Source of the DNA: Mustelus asterias
Lineage: Eukaryota
DNA: 64,000 nucleotides
Assembly (NCBI RefSeq): GCF_964213995.1
Contig: NC_135830.1
Coordinates: 14,756,001-14,820,000, forward strand
Reading direction: 5' to 3'
In this document: piece by piece, positions 39,860-51,164 of the stretch
How the letters are laid out: the number at the start of each line of letters is the position of its first letter
Position numbering within the stretch: the first letter of the stretch is position 1
Notes under the pieces: generated by a model
Told to the model about the DNA's origin: nothing
Seen by the model: only the letters and a program-made list of their open reading frames with translations
Databases searched by the model: none
Made by a program: the position numbers and the translations under genes

Positions 39860-40150
39860 AAATTTATTTATTAGTATCACAAGTCGACTTACATCAACAC
39901 TGCAGTTAAGGTACTGTGAAAATCCCCCAGTCGCCTCACTCCGGCGCCTGTTCGGGTACACGGAGGGAAAATTTAGCATGGACAATGCACCCAGCCAGCA
40001 CGTGTTTTGTACTGTTGGAGGAAATCGGAGCACCCGGAAGAAACACACGCAGACACGTGAAGAACGTGCAGACTCCACACAGACAGTGACCCAAGCCAGG
40101 AATCAAAACCGGGTCCCAGCGCTGTGAGGCAGCAGTGTGCCACTATGTCG
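39860..40150 (-). mobile_element. HE1-related SINE (alternative tail), inverted relative to 39152-39460
   Basis: Reverse-complement homology over its full length. Confidence 0.85.
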
Positions 40151-40925
40151 GGCTATTCTTATTAATACTTTTACTGTTGCAATGTAATTTAATGCAGTTG
40201 AACCTATACATGAGAGAAAATTCCAACCTTATTTTAGTTGATGGCGATTCGCTTTATTGAATTAATAGTTGTGATAAAAGCTTATTTTAAATAGTATGAA
40301 GCCAGCAATATTCTGATCAGATGCCTACTTTAAAATAGCAACAGAAGATGCAAATATGAATCTGGATTCACATTCATTCCTTATATTCTTTAGCTATTTG
40401 CATTTAAAGCTTTCCATCATAATGTTTCCACTTCAGTTCTGGTTATTAACTTTAACTATTATTGCTACTCCAATATAATGAGTCATTTGGTAGACTCGTT
40501 GAAACGGAAGAGTGGGAGAAATCGGATTGTCTGAACCCCTGAACATTAAGGAAAATGGGAGAAAGAGAAGAACGTAGAGCAAGTGTGAAGACAGAGATGG
40601 TCAGAAGCAGGGCAAAGGGACATAGACACACAGAGGCGGAATGACAGAGCGAGAGAGACAGGCCCCAAACGTAGAGACAGCCGGAAAACCCGAGAAATTC
40701 AGGGAGAAAGCGAAACTCAGAACGTATTAGTCCAGAGGTAACAGTGATTGGTGCCCAACGCTCATCGGTTCAGGGAGAGCAACCAATCCTGTCGCTGGGA
40801 AACGCCCCTTAATTCCGGAGCAAGTGACATGTCCGCTAATATGAATTTCCGCTTTAATACCAGAACAGAAGTGTTAACATGTTTCAAATATTGTCTAATT
40901 TCTGCCGAACCCCAAATCAGACACC

Positions 40926-42412
40926 ATGTGCTCCTCATTTTGGTTACTGATAATAATGGTTTTGCTGCCCGGTGAGTCAATATGCTCTGACAAAGCGTCA
41001 TCCTGACTCGAAACCTTATCTCTGCTCTCCCTCTCACACATGTTGTCAGATCTGCTGAAAATTTGCAGCATTTTCTTTTTCTAGCCAATGTTTAAATGAT
41101 CATTATCTGTTCCATGGGTATCTTCGCTCCCAGATATTGAAGAACTTCTGTGTTTTGTTACAGGGGCAAATGCTGAAGATTCAGTGTTTCGAGATCGATC
41201 TGAATTAAGAATTCTGGAAGGACAGGACATAACCTTGGACATTTTTATGAATGACTTGGATGAGGGCATGGAAGGATGGATTAGTAAATTTGCGGATGAC
41301 ACTAAAGTCGGTGGAGTTGTAGACAGTGCGGAGGGAAGTGGCAGGTTACAGAGGGACATGGATAAGCTGCAGAGCTGGGCTGAGAGGTGGCAAATGGAGT
41401 TTAATGCGGAAAGGTGTGAGGTGATTCACTTTGGAAGGAGTAACAGGAATACAGAGTACTGGGCTAAAGGTAAGATATTTGGTAGTGTGGATGAACAGAG
41501 GGATCTGGGTGTCCATGTGCATGCATCCCTGAAAGTTGGCACCCAGGTTGATAGGGTTGTTAAGAAGGCGTACGGTGTGTGAGCTTTTATTGGTAGAGGG
41601 ATTGAGTTTCGGAGCCAGGAGGTCATGCTGCAACTGTACAAAACCCTGGTGCGGCCGCATTTGGAGTATTGCGTACAGTTCTGGTCGCCGCATTATAGGT
41701 AAGATGTGGAAGTGTTGGAAAGGGTGCAGAGGAGATTTACCAGTATGTTGCCTGGTATGGTGGGAAAATCGTATGAGGAAAGGCTGAGGGGCTTGAGGTT
41801 GTTTTCGTTAGGGAGAAGAAGGTTAAGAGGTGACTTAATAGAGACATACAAGATGATCAGAGGATTAGATAGGGTGGATAGTGAGAGCCTTTTTCCTCGG
41901 ATGGTGCTGGCTAGCACGAGGGGACATAGCTTTAAATTGAGGGGTGAGAGATATAGGACAGATGTTAGAGGTAGGTTCTTTACTCAGAGAGTAGTAAGGG
42001 CGTGGAATGCCCTGCCTGCAGCAGTGGTGGACTCGTCATCGTTGAGAGCGTTCAAGTGGTTATTGGATAAACATATGGATGATATTGGAACAGTGTAGAT
42101 TAGAGGGGCTTTAGATTGGTACCACTGGTCGGCGCAACATCGAGGGCCGAAGGGCCTGCACTGCGCTGTAATGTTCTATGTTCTATGGAAATACTCAACA
42201 AGTGGTTTTCGAATCCTGTTCTGGTATATCCAATATCCAGGGGAAGCTCCGGAATACCTGATGAAGATATATAGCTCGGGCAATACCGATAAGTCTCCGG
42301 ATTTCCTAGATAGGTTCTCGGCTGCTTTACACAAAGGAAAGAGCACTTTTCCTTGACATGTCGCCAGCACTCCTCTGTCTGACACCGCCGTGTATTTCCG
42401 TGCCATGGAGCA
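40926..42412 (+). pseudogene. TCR alpha/delta-type V pseudogene split by CR1
   Basis: Leader 40926-40971 MCSSFWLLIIMVLLP+G/GTGAGT; V exon 41164-41240 GANAEDSVFRDRSELRILEGQDITLD, resuming ~42186 KYSTSGFRILFWYIQYPGEAPEYLM...RFSAAL...FP*HVASTPLSDTAVYFRAME; one stop and second Cys changed to Arg. Confidence 0.92.
41241..42187 (+). mobile_element. CR1 3' fragment inserted in V exon
   Basis: ORFs 41184..41582 (after ITLD) and 41706..42098; (TTCTATG)n tail. Confidence 0.95.
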
Positions 42413-42452
42413 CACAATGGTGCAGAGATGGAGCGAACCCCAGACAAAAACC
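42413..42452 (+). other. RSS of V pseudogene (24-nt spacer)
   Basis: CACAATG 42413-42419, 24 nt, consensus nonamer ACAAAAACC 42444-42452. Confidence 0.85.
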
Positions 42453-42459
42453 CCAGACT

Positions 42460-42493
42460 GGGAGTTCCAGTTAGTGGTCCGCAGAGGGCGCGC
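42460..42493 (+). promoter_or_regulatory. CTCF-like motif immediately 3' of RSS
   Basis: GGGAGTTCC-AGTTAG-TGGTCCGCAGAGGGCGCGC: core plus upstream-module-like 9-mer. Confidence 0.5.
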
Positions 42494-43574
42494 TCACACT
42501 GATAAACAGAAACAACAATTCAGTCTCAATAGTGAATGTCACCGGATCATGAAAAAATAACAACACAAAACACAACACTCAACATGAACAGCTGAGCCGC
42601 AGCTGGTTTTTGACTTGCAACTATGCTAAAAACTCACCCTTAGGCGTTTCCTGATATCTCCTTGCATGTGTGAATTATTCCCCGTCTTCACTCTCCGTTT
42701 CGTGGTCGGCTTGATCAAAGGGTCAATTTGTTCAGAGTATTGTACTAGCTCAGGGACTAGTTACATAGCATTTCAAACAATCCCTGAGAACAAGGTACCA
42801 TCAATGTTCATTCTCATTTTGAATGGCTGCCAAATGTTTTCTAACATAATTCGCAACTTTATAATAACCGGACCAGCCGATAAACACTCCATAATAACCC
42901 CACCCATGTCCCTAACAATATAGCGATATTTCTAATCAGCGCACAGAATGTAACCCAGCTTCGGATGTTTCTGCTCATTGAAAACTACGTATCCACCCAA
43001 AGGACTAAAAGCACGACAGGGGACTCATGTAAGTGAAGTGAGAGGATCCGATCGCGTTTAGCAGATTAATAAGAGTGTGCATTGGAACGAGTTTTCTTGC
43101 GTCAACTTCCCTTTTACAGAGCGGCCAGCGACAATGTGCTAAGGTAGCAATTGGGTGGTATGGGGGTGGGGAGGGGGGATTTCGTGTAGGTAATTGTGAA
43201 ATAAACACATTTAATCTCATTTACAAATCATGTTGAAGAGTTTAAAAACACTCCGATATGATTAATTCCGATTTGAATATATATTTCAGATCTGAGTCAT
43301 GGATTTTCTGTCACTTTCTTACTGTTCTCAAATGATAAGTATTTTTTAAACGTTTCACCTATGATATTACATGGAGTGATTTTGTCTTATTCTGGCATTG
43401 TCTAATCCCGATGAGTTGCACTCACTGGATGTCTTACTCATGTCTGCAGACAATGTGAGGCAAACAACAGCAGCAGCACCGTTCAGGCATCCAAACTCTC
43501 TCACTTTCAATGTGGAGAAATTGGACTCTGAAGAGTTGATCAGAAGAAGGACTCACGTACGGAGTTTATGATGA

Positions 43575-43760
43575 ATCATAGAATCATAGAAATAGAATTC
43601 TTACAGCTCAGAATGGGGCATTCGGCCATCGAGTCTGCACCGGCCACAATCCCACCCAGGCCCTATTCCCGTCACCCCACATATTTACTCTGCTGATCCC
43701 TGACACTAGGGTCAATTTAGCACGGCTAATCAACCTGACCCGCACACCTTTGGATGGAAA
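43575..43760 (-). mobile_element. HE1 SINE 3' half
   Basis: (CATAGAAT)n tail and SINE body homology. Confidence 0.8.
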
Positions 43761-43848
43761 ACAATCCCACATTACTACTCTGCATTATGTCCGGGAGCTC
43801 CTGCCAGTTGGTTTTTCAATTTTGTTATTCATTTCTTAAAGCTACAAA

Positions 43849-43907
43849 GTTATACGCTTCCAGTTCCTTGCCTTCAATCCGTGGAACTGGAACTGGAAGC
43901 GTATAAC
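43849..43907. repeat. Perfect 19-bp inverted repeat with 21-nt loop
   Basis: GTTATACGCTTCCAGTTCC ... GGAACTGGAAGCGTATAAC. Confidence 0.95.
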
Positions 43908-44509
43908 GATCTGTGTTTGAAAGTCTGGTGACTGAAGTCATTCATTGGTACCAAAGGAGCTGGATTCTCAGCACGCGGTGGATTTGACCAGATCGGGTTG
44001 AAGCTGAAATTGTTTCATTCAAGAGTTCAGAAGAAGTTGAGTTCCTGCTGATTGGTGCATTGCCGGTAACGTCATCAGATTACGTCCAATCGGCTTCAAG
44101 CTCCTTTGTTCTTCAAGTCAATCAATGATACTTTATCTCCAATGAATCCTACTGTCCCAGGGTGAACGGAGCGAAGTGAATTTGTTCATCTCACTGCAGG
44201 GAGTTGGAAAGGAATCAAACCGAGTTTTGGCCCTTTAACGTTTCCAATCTCTCGGACTGGGATCGAGAAGTGAAACAGACTTTGGCTTTCCAGTACCACT
44301 TCTGGGGGCTCTAATTATAGCGATTAGAGCCCTGAGGGATTGGAAGAGAACAGTATCGGAAATAGATAAACAACACAGTGTAAATGAACTAAATGATGGA
44401 GGAAAGCGGATTGTCTATTTGATGGATTTGAGCAGAATGGGAAGGGGTGCCCAGCCCACGGACTCAGTGATTTGATAATTAGAAATTAGGTTATTCATTT
44501 TTAAAAGTT

Positions 44510-44775
44510 AACCTATTAGTCACAAGTAAGGCCTACATTAACGCTGCAATGAAGTTACTGTGAAATTCCCCCAGTTGCCATACCCCGGTGCCTGTTCTGT
44601 TCAACGCACCAAACCAACACATCTTTCAGTCTGTGGGAGGTAACCGAAGCACCCGGAGGAACGCAGACACGGGGAGAACGTTCGAATTTCACAAACACTG
44701 ACCCAAACCGGGAAACGAACCCGGGTCCGGAGCGCTGTGAGGCAGCAATGCTAGCCACTGTGCCACCGTGCCGTC
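44510..44775 (-). mobile_element. HE1-related SINE (alternative tail)
   Basis: Homology to 39152-39460. Confidence 0.85.
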
Positions 44776-45870
44776 CACGGTAATATCAATGGTCGCAGTA
44801 ACTTAATAATGAACCAACAGAACCATAGGCTTCCTCTGGAAATTGATCTATTTTAAAATCTATTTGATTCAAGAAAACTGGGCAAACTTCCTTTCACAGC
44901 ACCTTCCGATCCCGAAATCTCTAATATCTGGAAGGACAGGGGCAGCAGAGACATGAGGACATCATCGCCTGCATGTTCACCTCCAGGTCACACGCCATCC
45001 TGACTTGGAAATATATCGCAATTCCTTTAGATTCGCTGAGTGTGTAAACCCTGCAATTCACTTTTTACGAATACTGCCTTTACGATTTTGTGCAGCGGGC
45101 AGAAAACTTGAAATGCGAGGAAGCAAAAGTGCAAGAAAATGAGAAATAAAGATTTCAAAATGCAAAATAAAACAAGGTACGAATAAGATATAAAGAGACT
45201 TTCAAATAAAGGGAAATGCATTTCCTCTCAACTGACTCGCATTTCCGTTGCGTCTGTTTGCAGTGCTGAATTGTTTGGAACACATCTCTCAAAAGAAGAC
45301 CACTGAAAATGCCCCATTGATGAACTTGCACTTTATTGTTGATGGGGACAGTATACAGTTCCCTGACTCATCGTCCGAGGGCGCTGTCGTCACATGTTTC
45401 TCGCTGATCCCAACCGGGAATTACTGAACCAAACCTTGTGGAGCCATTCCCAGTGGCAGCTGCACCCGGAGCCTCATTCCACTGCTCAGCCTCTGATCCG
45501 CCTAACCTGCCCCGTATTATTTGAGAGGTTGCCACCGATGTCCACTATTCAGTACTGGTTATATCAGCAATGTGTTGGGCCGGGAATCTGTATTCCCGCT
45601 CCCGCAGAGGATTCCCGAATCTGAGGAGTCACAGACTGACAGAAAAGAAAGCGGAACCACATTTCACCGCTTTCCATCATGATCATTATGCCAGCATCCT
45701 TTCCTAGTTATAAATATCTGTTGTCCTCCTGACTGCTGTAACTTACTGTTGCGAACTAATGATGACTTGTTTGTTAAAAGCAAATTTCTGCGGATGCCTG
45801 AATCTGAAACCAAAAGGGAAAACGCTGGAAAATCTCAGCAGGTCCGGCAGTATCTGTAAGGAGAGCAAAG

Positions 45871-45909
45871 AGCTGACGTTTCGAATCCACATGACCCATT
45901 GTCAAAGCT
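45871..45909 (-). ncRNA. Minimal type I hammerhead ribozyme motif, U3-A8 variant
   Basis: AGCU-UUGACAA-U-GGGUC-AUGUG-GAUUC-GAAA-CG-UC-AGCU; stems I and II pair, ACGU palindrome, GUC triplet; lies in repeat 45778-45966 with a partial inverted duplication. Confidence 0.6.
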
Positions 45910-46169
45910 GTATAGTCATATCTTTTCTCTCCTTACAGATGCTGCCAGACCTGCAGAGATTTTCCATGACTTATTCGTTATTCTTCATTTGGACCTTGGT
46001 GGCAAGACCAGTATTTGATCTCTATCCCTAATTGAAGTTGATCTGAGTGGCATGCTGGATAATTGTGGCAGGAAACTAAGAAGCAACGTGCTTTCTGTGG
46101 ATCTGGAATAACTTGTGCATCACGGACCTGATGTGACAGTTTATATTTATAGGATGACTATCAAGGTTG

Positions 46170-47685
46170 TGAACGTAGCCCGGTCCATCATGCAAACCAA
46201 ACTTCCATTCATTGACACCCTCCTCATTTTCCGCTGCCTTGGAAAAGTAGCCAGCTGAATCAAGGACCCCAGGCACCCTGAATATACGCTCCTCCAGTCT
46301 TCCACCTTCTTCCGTTAGGAAAAAGATACAAAAGTCTTTGGATCTCATGGGATAAAGGGGGAGGTGGCTAGATGAGTGGAGAACTGGCTTGGTCACAGAA
46401 GACAGAGGGTGGTAGTGGAAGGGTCTTTTACGGGCTGGAGGCCTGTGACTAGCGGTGTTCCGCAGGGCTCTGTATTGGGACCTCTGCTGTTTGTGATTTA
46501 TATATACGATCTGGAAGAAGGTGTAACTGGGCTGATCAGTAAGTTTGCGGACGACACAAAATTGGCAGGACTTGCAGATAGTGAGGAGCATTGTCAGAAG
46601 CTACAGAAGGATATAGATAGGCTGGAAATTTGGGCAAAGAAATAGCAGATGGAGTTCAATCCTGATAAATGCGAAGTGATGCATTTTGGTATAAATAATG
46701 TAGGGAGGAGCTATACGATAAATGGCAGAACCATAAAGGGTGTAGATACGCAGAGGGACCTGGGTGTGCAAGTCCACAGATCCTTGAAAGTGACGTCACA
46801 GGTGGAGAAGGTGGTGAAGAAGGCATATGGCATGCTTGCCTTAATAGGACGGGGCATAGAGTATAAAAGTTGGGGTCTGATGTTGCAGATGTATAGAACG
46901 TTGGTTCGGCCGCATTTGGAATACTGCGTCCAGTTCTGGTCGCCACAGTACCAGAAGGAACGTGGAGGCTTTGGAGAGAGTGCAGAGGAGGTTTACCAGG
47001 ATGTTGCCTGGTATGGAGGGGCTTAGTTATGAGGAGAGATTGGGTAAACTGGGGTTCTTCTCCCTGGAAAGACGGAGGATGGGGGGAGACTTAATAGAGG
47101 TGTATAAAATTATGAAAGGCATAGATAGGGTGAACGGTGGGAAGCTTTTCCCCAGGTCGGTGGTGACGTTCACGAGAGGTCATAGGTTCAAGGTGAAGGG
47201 GGGGAGGTTTAACACAGATATCAGAAGGACATATTTAACACAGAGGGTGGTGGGGGCCTGGAATGCGCTGCCAGGCAAGGTGGTGGAGGCGGACACACTG
47301 GGAATGTTTAAGACTTATCTAGACAGCCATATGAACGGAGTGGGAATGGAGGGATATAAAAGAATGGTCTAGTTTGGACCAGGGAGCGGCACGGGCTTGG
47401 AGGGCCGAAGGGCCTGTTCCTGTGCTGTATTGTTCTTTGTTCTTTGTTCTTTGTCACGCACCAACCGATTGAAGAACAGCTTCTTTTCTGCTGCCATCTG
47501 GCAGGACGTATTATATATTAAGCTGAACTTTCCCTTCACCCTATCTGTAACCACAGCACTATATTCCGCATCCTCTCCTTTCCTTCTTCCCATATATACT
47601 CTATGAACTCATTGTCTGTATAGCACAAAAGAAACAATACATTTCACTGTATCCCAAAATATGTGACAATAATCAATCAAATCAA
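46170..47685 (+). mobile_element. Rex1/Babar-like LINE 3' end interrupted by young CR1 (46340-47450)
   Basis: Flanks 46170-46340 and 47451-47685 join up by comparison with the copy at 55065-55605; CR1 ORFs 46376..47372. Confidence 0.8.
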
Positions 47686-48089
47686 GACATGTTCAGTTTG
47701 AGCATTTCTGCCTTGGTATCCGGAGAACTGCAACGTTTTACATCAATAATCTATAGATTATAACAAGGAAGGCTAAAGGATTATGAGTAAGAGAATGGAG
47801 CCAGGCGATGAGAGGAAACAGACATGTAAAATACATGGAAGGGCAGGCGGTCAGTTAAGGTCCCGCAGGTGTTTACTTTTATTATAAATCGGAGCTGTTG
47901 ATATAATTTTACGAGTGGTCCTCAGCTGTTCTTGTTGAGGTTTGTGTTTTTACAGTGTGTAAAAAGAATGCTGTGAATCTCAAAGTGGTGCTTGAATTAT
48001 CACTTTTGTTTGTGTGGAAGAGCATATTTGTGATATAAACTGGAACTCTCAATGTGTGATTTTGAAACAAATCTATTTGTTATTTGTTG

Positions 48090-48270
48090 TTATTAATCGT
48101 GTCACAAGTAGCCTTCCATTATCACTGCAATGACGTTACTGTGAAAATTCCTTAGTCGCCACACTCCGGCACCTGTTCGGGCACACTGAGAGAGAATTTA
48201 GCATGGCCAATGCACCTAACTAGAACTTCTTTCGGAGTGTGGTAAGAAACAGGAGCACCAGGAGGAAAAC
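48090..48270 (-). mobile_element. HE1-related SINE 3' half abutting V relic RSS
   Basis: Homology to 39860-40050; ends at GAGCACCAGGAGGAAAAC. Confidence 0.8.
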
Positions 48271-48288
48271 CGCGCTGTATCTCTGCTG

Positions 48289-48540
48289 CAGTGTGGGGCT
48301 CATGACACAGAAATAACGGAGCAGATGTCAGAGCTTCGTTAATCGTTAACTCGATAATGTGGTGGCTTTACTAAGCGTCGAGGCAGATAGCTGTGTAAAG
48401 TTGGGGTTCCCCTTTGCTATCCCTCTCCAGAGCTAAAACGCAGACTGCGGAAAATGCCCATGTTCTATCTATACCAGAACACACAGGACTTGGATCGTTT
48501 GTATTCAGGATGCAGTGTGTGGTGACACTACTACTTTGCA
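48289..48540 (-). pseudogene. Decayed TCR V relic
   Basis: With frameshifts: SSVTTHCILNTNDPSP/VFWYR*...RFSSGEG...IIELTINEALTS/YFCVMS followed by CACACTG (48295-48289); nonamer position occupied by SINE, 5' end replaced by Penelope. Confidence 0.7.
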
Positions 48541-49058
48541 TTCAGCCTCTGATCTTCGGGTAAGCGTTCTCCAAGGCAGCCTTCACGACACACGAAAGCG
48601 CAGAGTCGCTGAGCAGAAACTGATAGCCAAGGTCCGCACATATGAGGACGGCCTAAACCGGGATCTTGGGTTCATGTCACACGATCGGTAACCCCCACAG
48701 CTTGCCTCCTGGACTTCCAGAATCTCACTGGCTGTCCTGTCTGGAGACAATACACATCTCTTTAACCTGTGCTTAATGCTCCCTCCACTCACATTGTCTG
48801 TACCTTTAAGTCCTGATTCGTAGTAAAAATTCGCATTCTAATCAGTATTCTGTAACTTGATTTTGTGTCTCTGTATGCCTTGTTTGAGTGTGGAGATGTT
48901 TGATGCCTTGTTTGAGAACAGACATCCACTCCATCTGACGAAGGAGCAGCGCTCCGAAAGCTAATGGCATTTGCTACCAAATAAACCTGTTGGACTTTAA
49001 CCTGGTGTTGTTAAAACTCTTACTGTTTTTACCCCAGTCCAATGCCGGCATCTCCACA
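48538..49058 (+). mobile_element. Penelope-like element 3' part
   Basis: Close reverse-complement match to 2175-2640. Confidence 0.85.
48931..48967 (+). ncRNA. Minimal type I hammerhead ribozyme motif in Penelope pLTR
   Basis: CCAU-CUGACGA-A-GGAGC-AGC-GCUCC-GAAA-GC-UA-AUGG. Confidence 0.75.
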
Positions 49059-49059
49059 T

Positions 49060-49995
49060 TGTTGCCAGTATGCAGGGCCCTGGTGTGGTCACAGCAAGAA
49101 TATTGTGCGCAGTTTTGGTCTCAATTTTTGAGGAAGGGTGTTCTTGCTCTCGAGAGAGTGCAGCGAAGGTTTACCAGGCTGATGCCGGGGACGGCAGGAC
49201 TGATGTATGAGGAGACATTGACTAGGTTAGGATTGTTTTTGTTGGAGTTCTGAAGAATGAGAGGGGATCTCAGAGAGACTTATAAAATTCTAACAGGATT
49301 CGACAGGGTAGACGCAGGGAGGATGTTCCCAATTTGGGGGAGTGCAGAACTAGGGATCACAGTCTGAGGATTCGGGGTAGGCCATTTAAAACGGAGATGA
49401 CTAGACATTTATTCACGCAAAGAGCGGTGAACCTGTGGAATTCATGCCAAAATATTGAATGTACTCAAGAAGTGGCGAGATATAGCACTTGGGGCGAATG
49501 GGATCAAAGGTTATGGGGAGAAAGCCGGATTAGGTCATTGAGTTGGACGGTCAGCCAATGATCTAGATGAATGGCAGATCAGGCTCGATGGGATAAATGG
49601 CCTCTTCCTGTTCCTAACTTCTTTGTTTCTATCTTATAGTGGTTTATAAAATAATGAGGGGCATAGTTCAGTAAGATAGTCAACATTTTTTCCCAAAGGT
49701 AGGGTCGTCTAAAATTAAAGGGCATAGGTTTCAAGTGAGAATGGAGAGATACAAATGGGTCCAGAGGGGCATTTTGTTCACAGAGGTTGGTGAGTGTCTG
49801 AAACAAGCTGCCAGAGGTAATAGAAGCGGCGGATAGTTTTGTCTTTTAAAAAGCACTTAGACTGTTACATGGGTATCGGAGGGTATGGGTCAAATGCAGG
49901 CAATTGGAACTAGCTTCGAGGTTAATAAAGGATGGCATTGACAAGTTGGGGCGAAAGGCCGGTTTCAGTGCTGTAAACCTCAATGACTCTATGAG
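49060..49995 (+). mobile_element. Two tandem CR1 3' fragments (49060-49635, 49640-49995)
   Basis: EYCAQFWS, LERVQRRFTRLMPG, LFTQRAVNLWNS motifs; two separate tails. Confidence 0.85.
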
Positions 49996-50219
49996 CAGTT
50001 TAAATTCAGGGCTTTCACTGACTGGGTTCAATTCAATTCCCTGTCCCGCTGTTGTCCTCATTGTTGTAACAGACACTCAATTACCCGTTTCAAAAGAGTC
50101 ATGCTGAAATCGGAACTTTCAGTCCGTGTCTTGCTTCACATTTGCTGTAGGACCTGCTGAGAATTTCCAGCACTTTCTGATTTTATTATAGCATGAATTA
50201 TTAGCTTTATCATACACAA

Positions 50220-50940
50220 GGACACAATAAGTAGTAGCAGCAGTAGACCACTCGGTCATCGAGCCTATTCCACCATTCAATACCATCATGTCTGATCTTG
50301 GGGCACAACTCATTATTTCCAACAGCTCCCCATATCTCGGAATTCCCCAGGAGACCAGAAACCTCTCTATCCCAACCTTAAATGCGTTCGATGATGGAGA
50401 ATCCATAACAGTTTGGAACAGGGAAATCCACAGATTCACACCCTTTGAGCGAAGTCATTTCTCCTTATTTCAGCCCGAAGTGATAAGCCCCTGATCCTGA
50501 GACTGTGCCGCCCATTGTTACATTCCCCAATGAGCAGAAAAAAATCTTTCAGCCTCCTCCCTATCAAACCCAATCACAACTGTGTAGATTTAATGAGACC
50601 GCCTCTCATTCTTCCGAACTCGAGAGAATTTCAGCCCAATTTACTCAGCCTCTCATCACAGGACAACTCCCTCATCCCAGGGGCCAATCTGGTGAACGTT
50701 CTATGTACCGTTTGCAATGCAAGCATATGCTTTATTAAATACGGATATCATAACTGCACAAAATATTCAACATGTGCTTTGAACAAATCCCTCTCCAACT
50801 GCAGCAACACCTCGTCATTGCTGGACTCCACTTCCCTTCCCAATTATTTACAGCACCTACATGTTAGCTTTATGCATTTCTTGTGCAAGCACAGCTATTT
50901 TGGTTCGAATATCAACAATTAACTTTCTCACCTTTTCAAA
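50220..50940 (-). mobile_element. Decayed CR1 fragment
   Basis: ORF 50119..50439 NLWISL...NAFKVGIERFL; homology to 3355-4560. Confidence 0.75.
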
Positions 50941-51091
50941 TATATACCACTATTTTTATGAAGAAGAGAATATCTTTCACTTTCCAAAATGACGCCCGCT
51001 TTGGCAGCTTGTCTAGTATTCAAAGCAGCCTGTAATTACTTCCCGTCTCTCTGCGCCTTCCCTGCAGATCCCTCAGCTAAATTTTATTCAG

Positions 51092-51164
51092 AGTCCCCAG
51101 CGAAAATTGAACTCACGACCCCTGAGCTGTGGAACCAATTGGTGCACGCAGCCCTGCCGGAGCC
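51092..51164 (-). pseudogene. tRNA-Thr-like relic
   Basis: 73 nt: GGCTCC...CAGGGGTCGTGAGTTCAATTTTCGCTGGGGACT; 5' end and 3' half resemble vertebrate tRNA-Thr(TGT), D and anticodon arms destroyed. Confidence 0.5.

Noticed and set aside
45240-45635. Minus-strand exon-like block with faint MHC class II beta1 flavour (YNQY, AEQWNE)
   Set aside because: Many stops, no consistent Cys spacing; resemblance too weak to call
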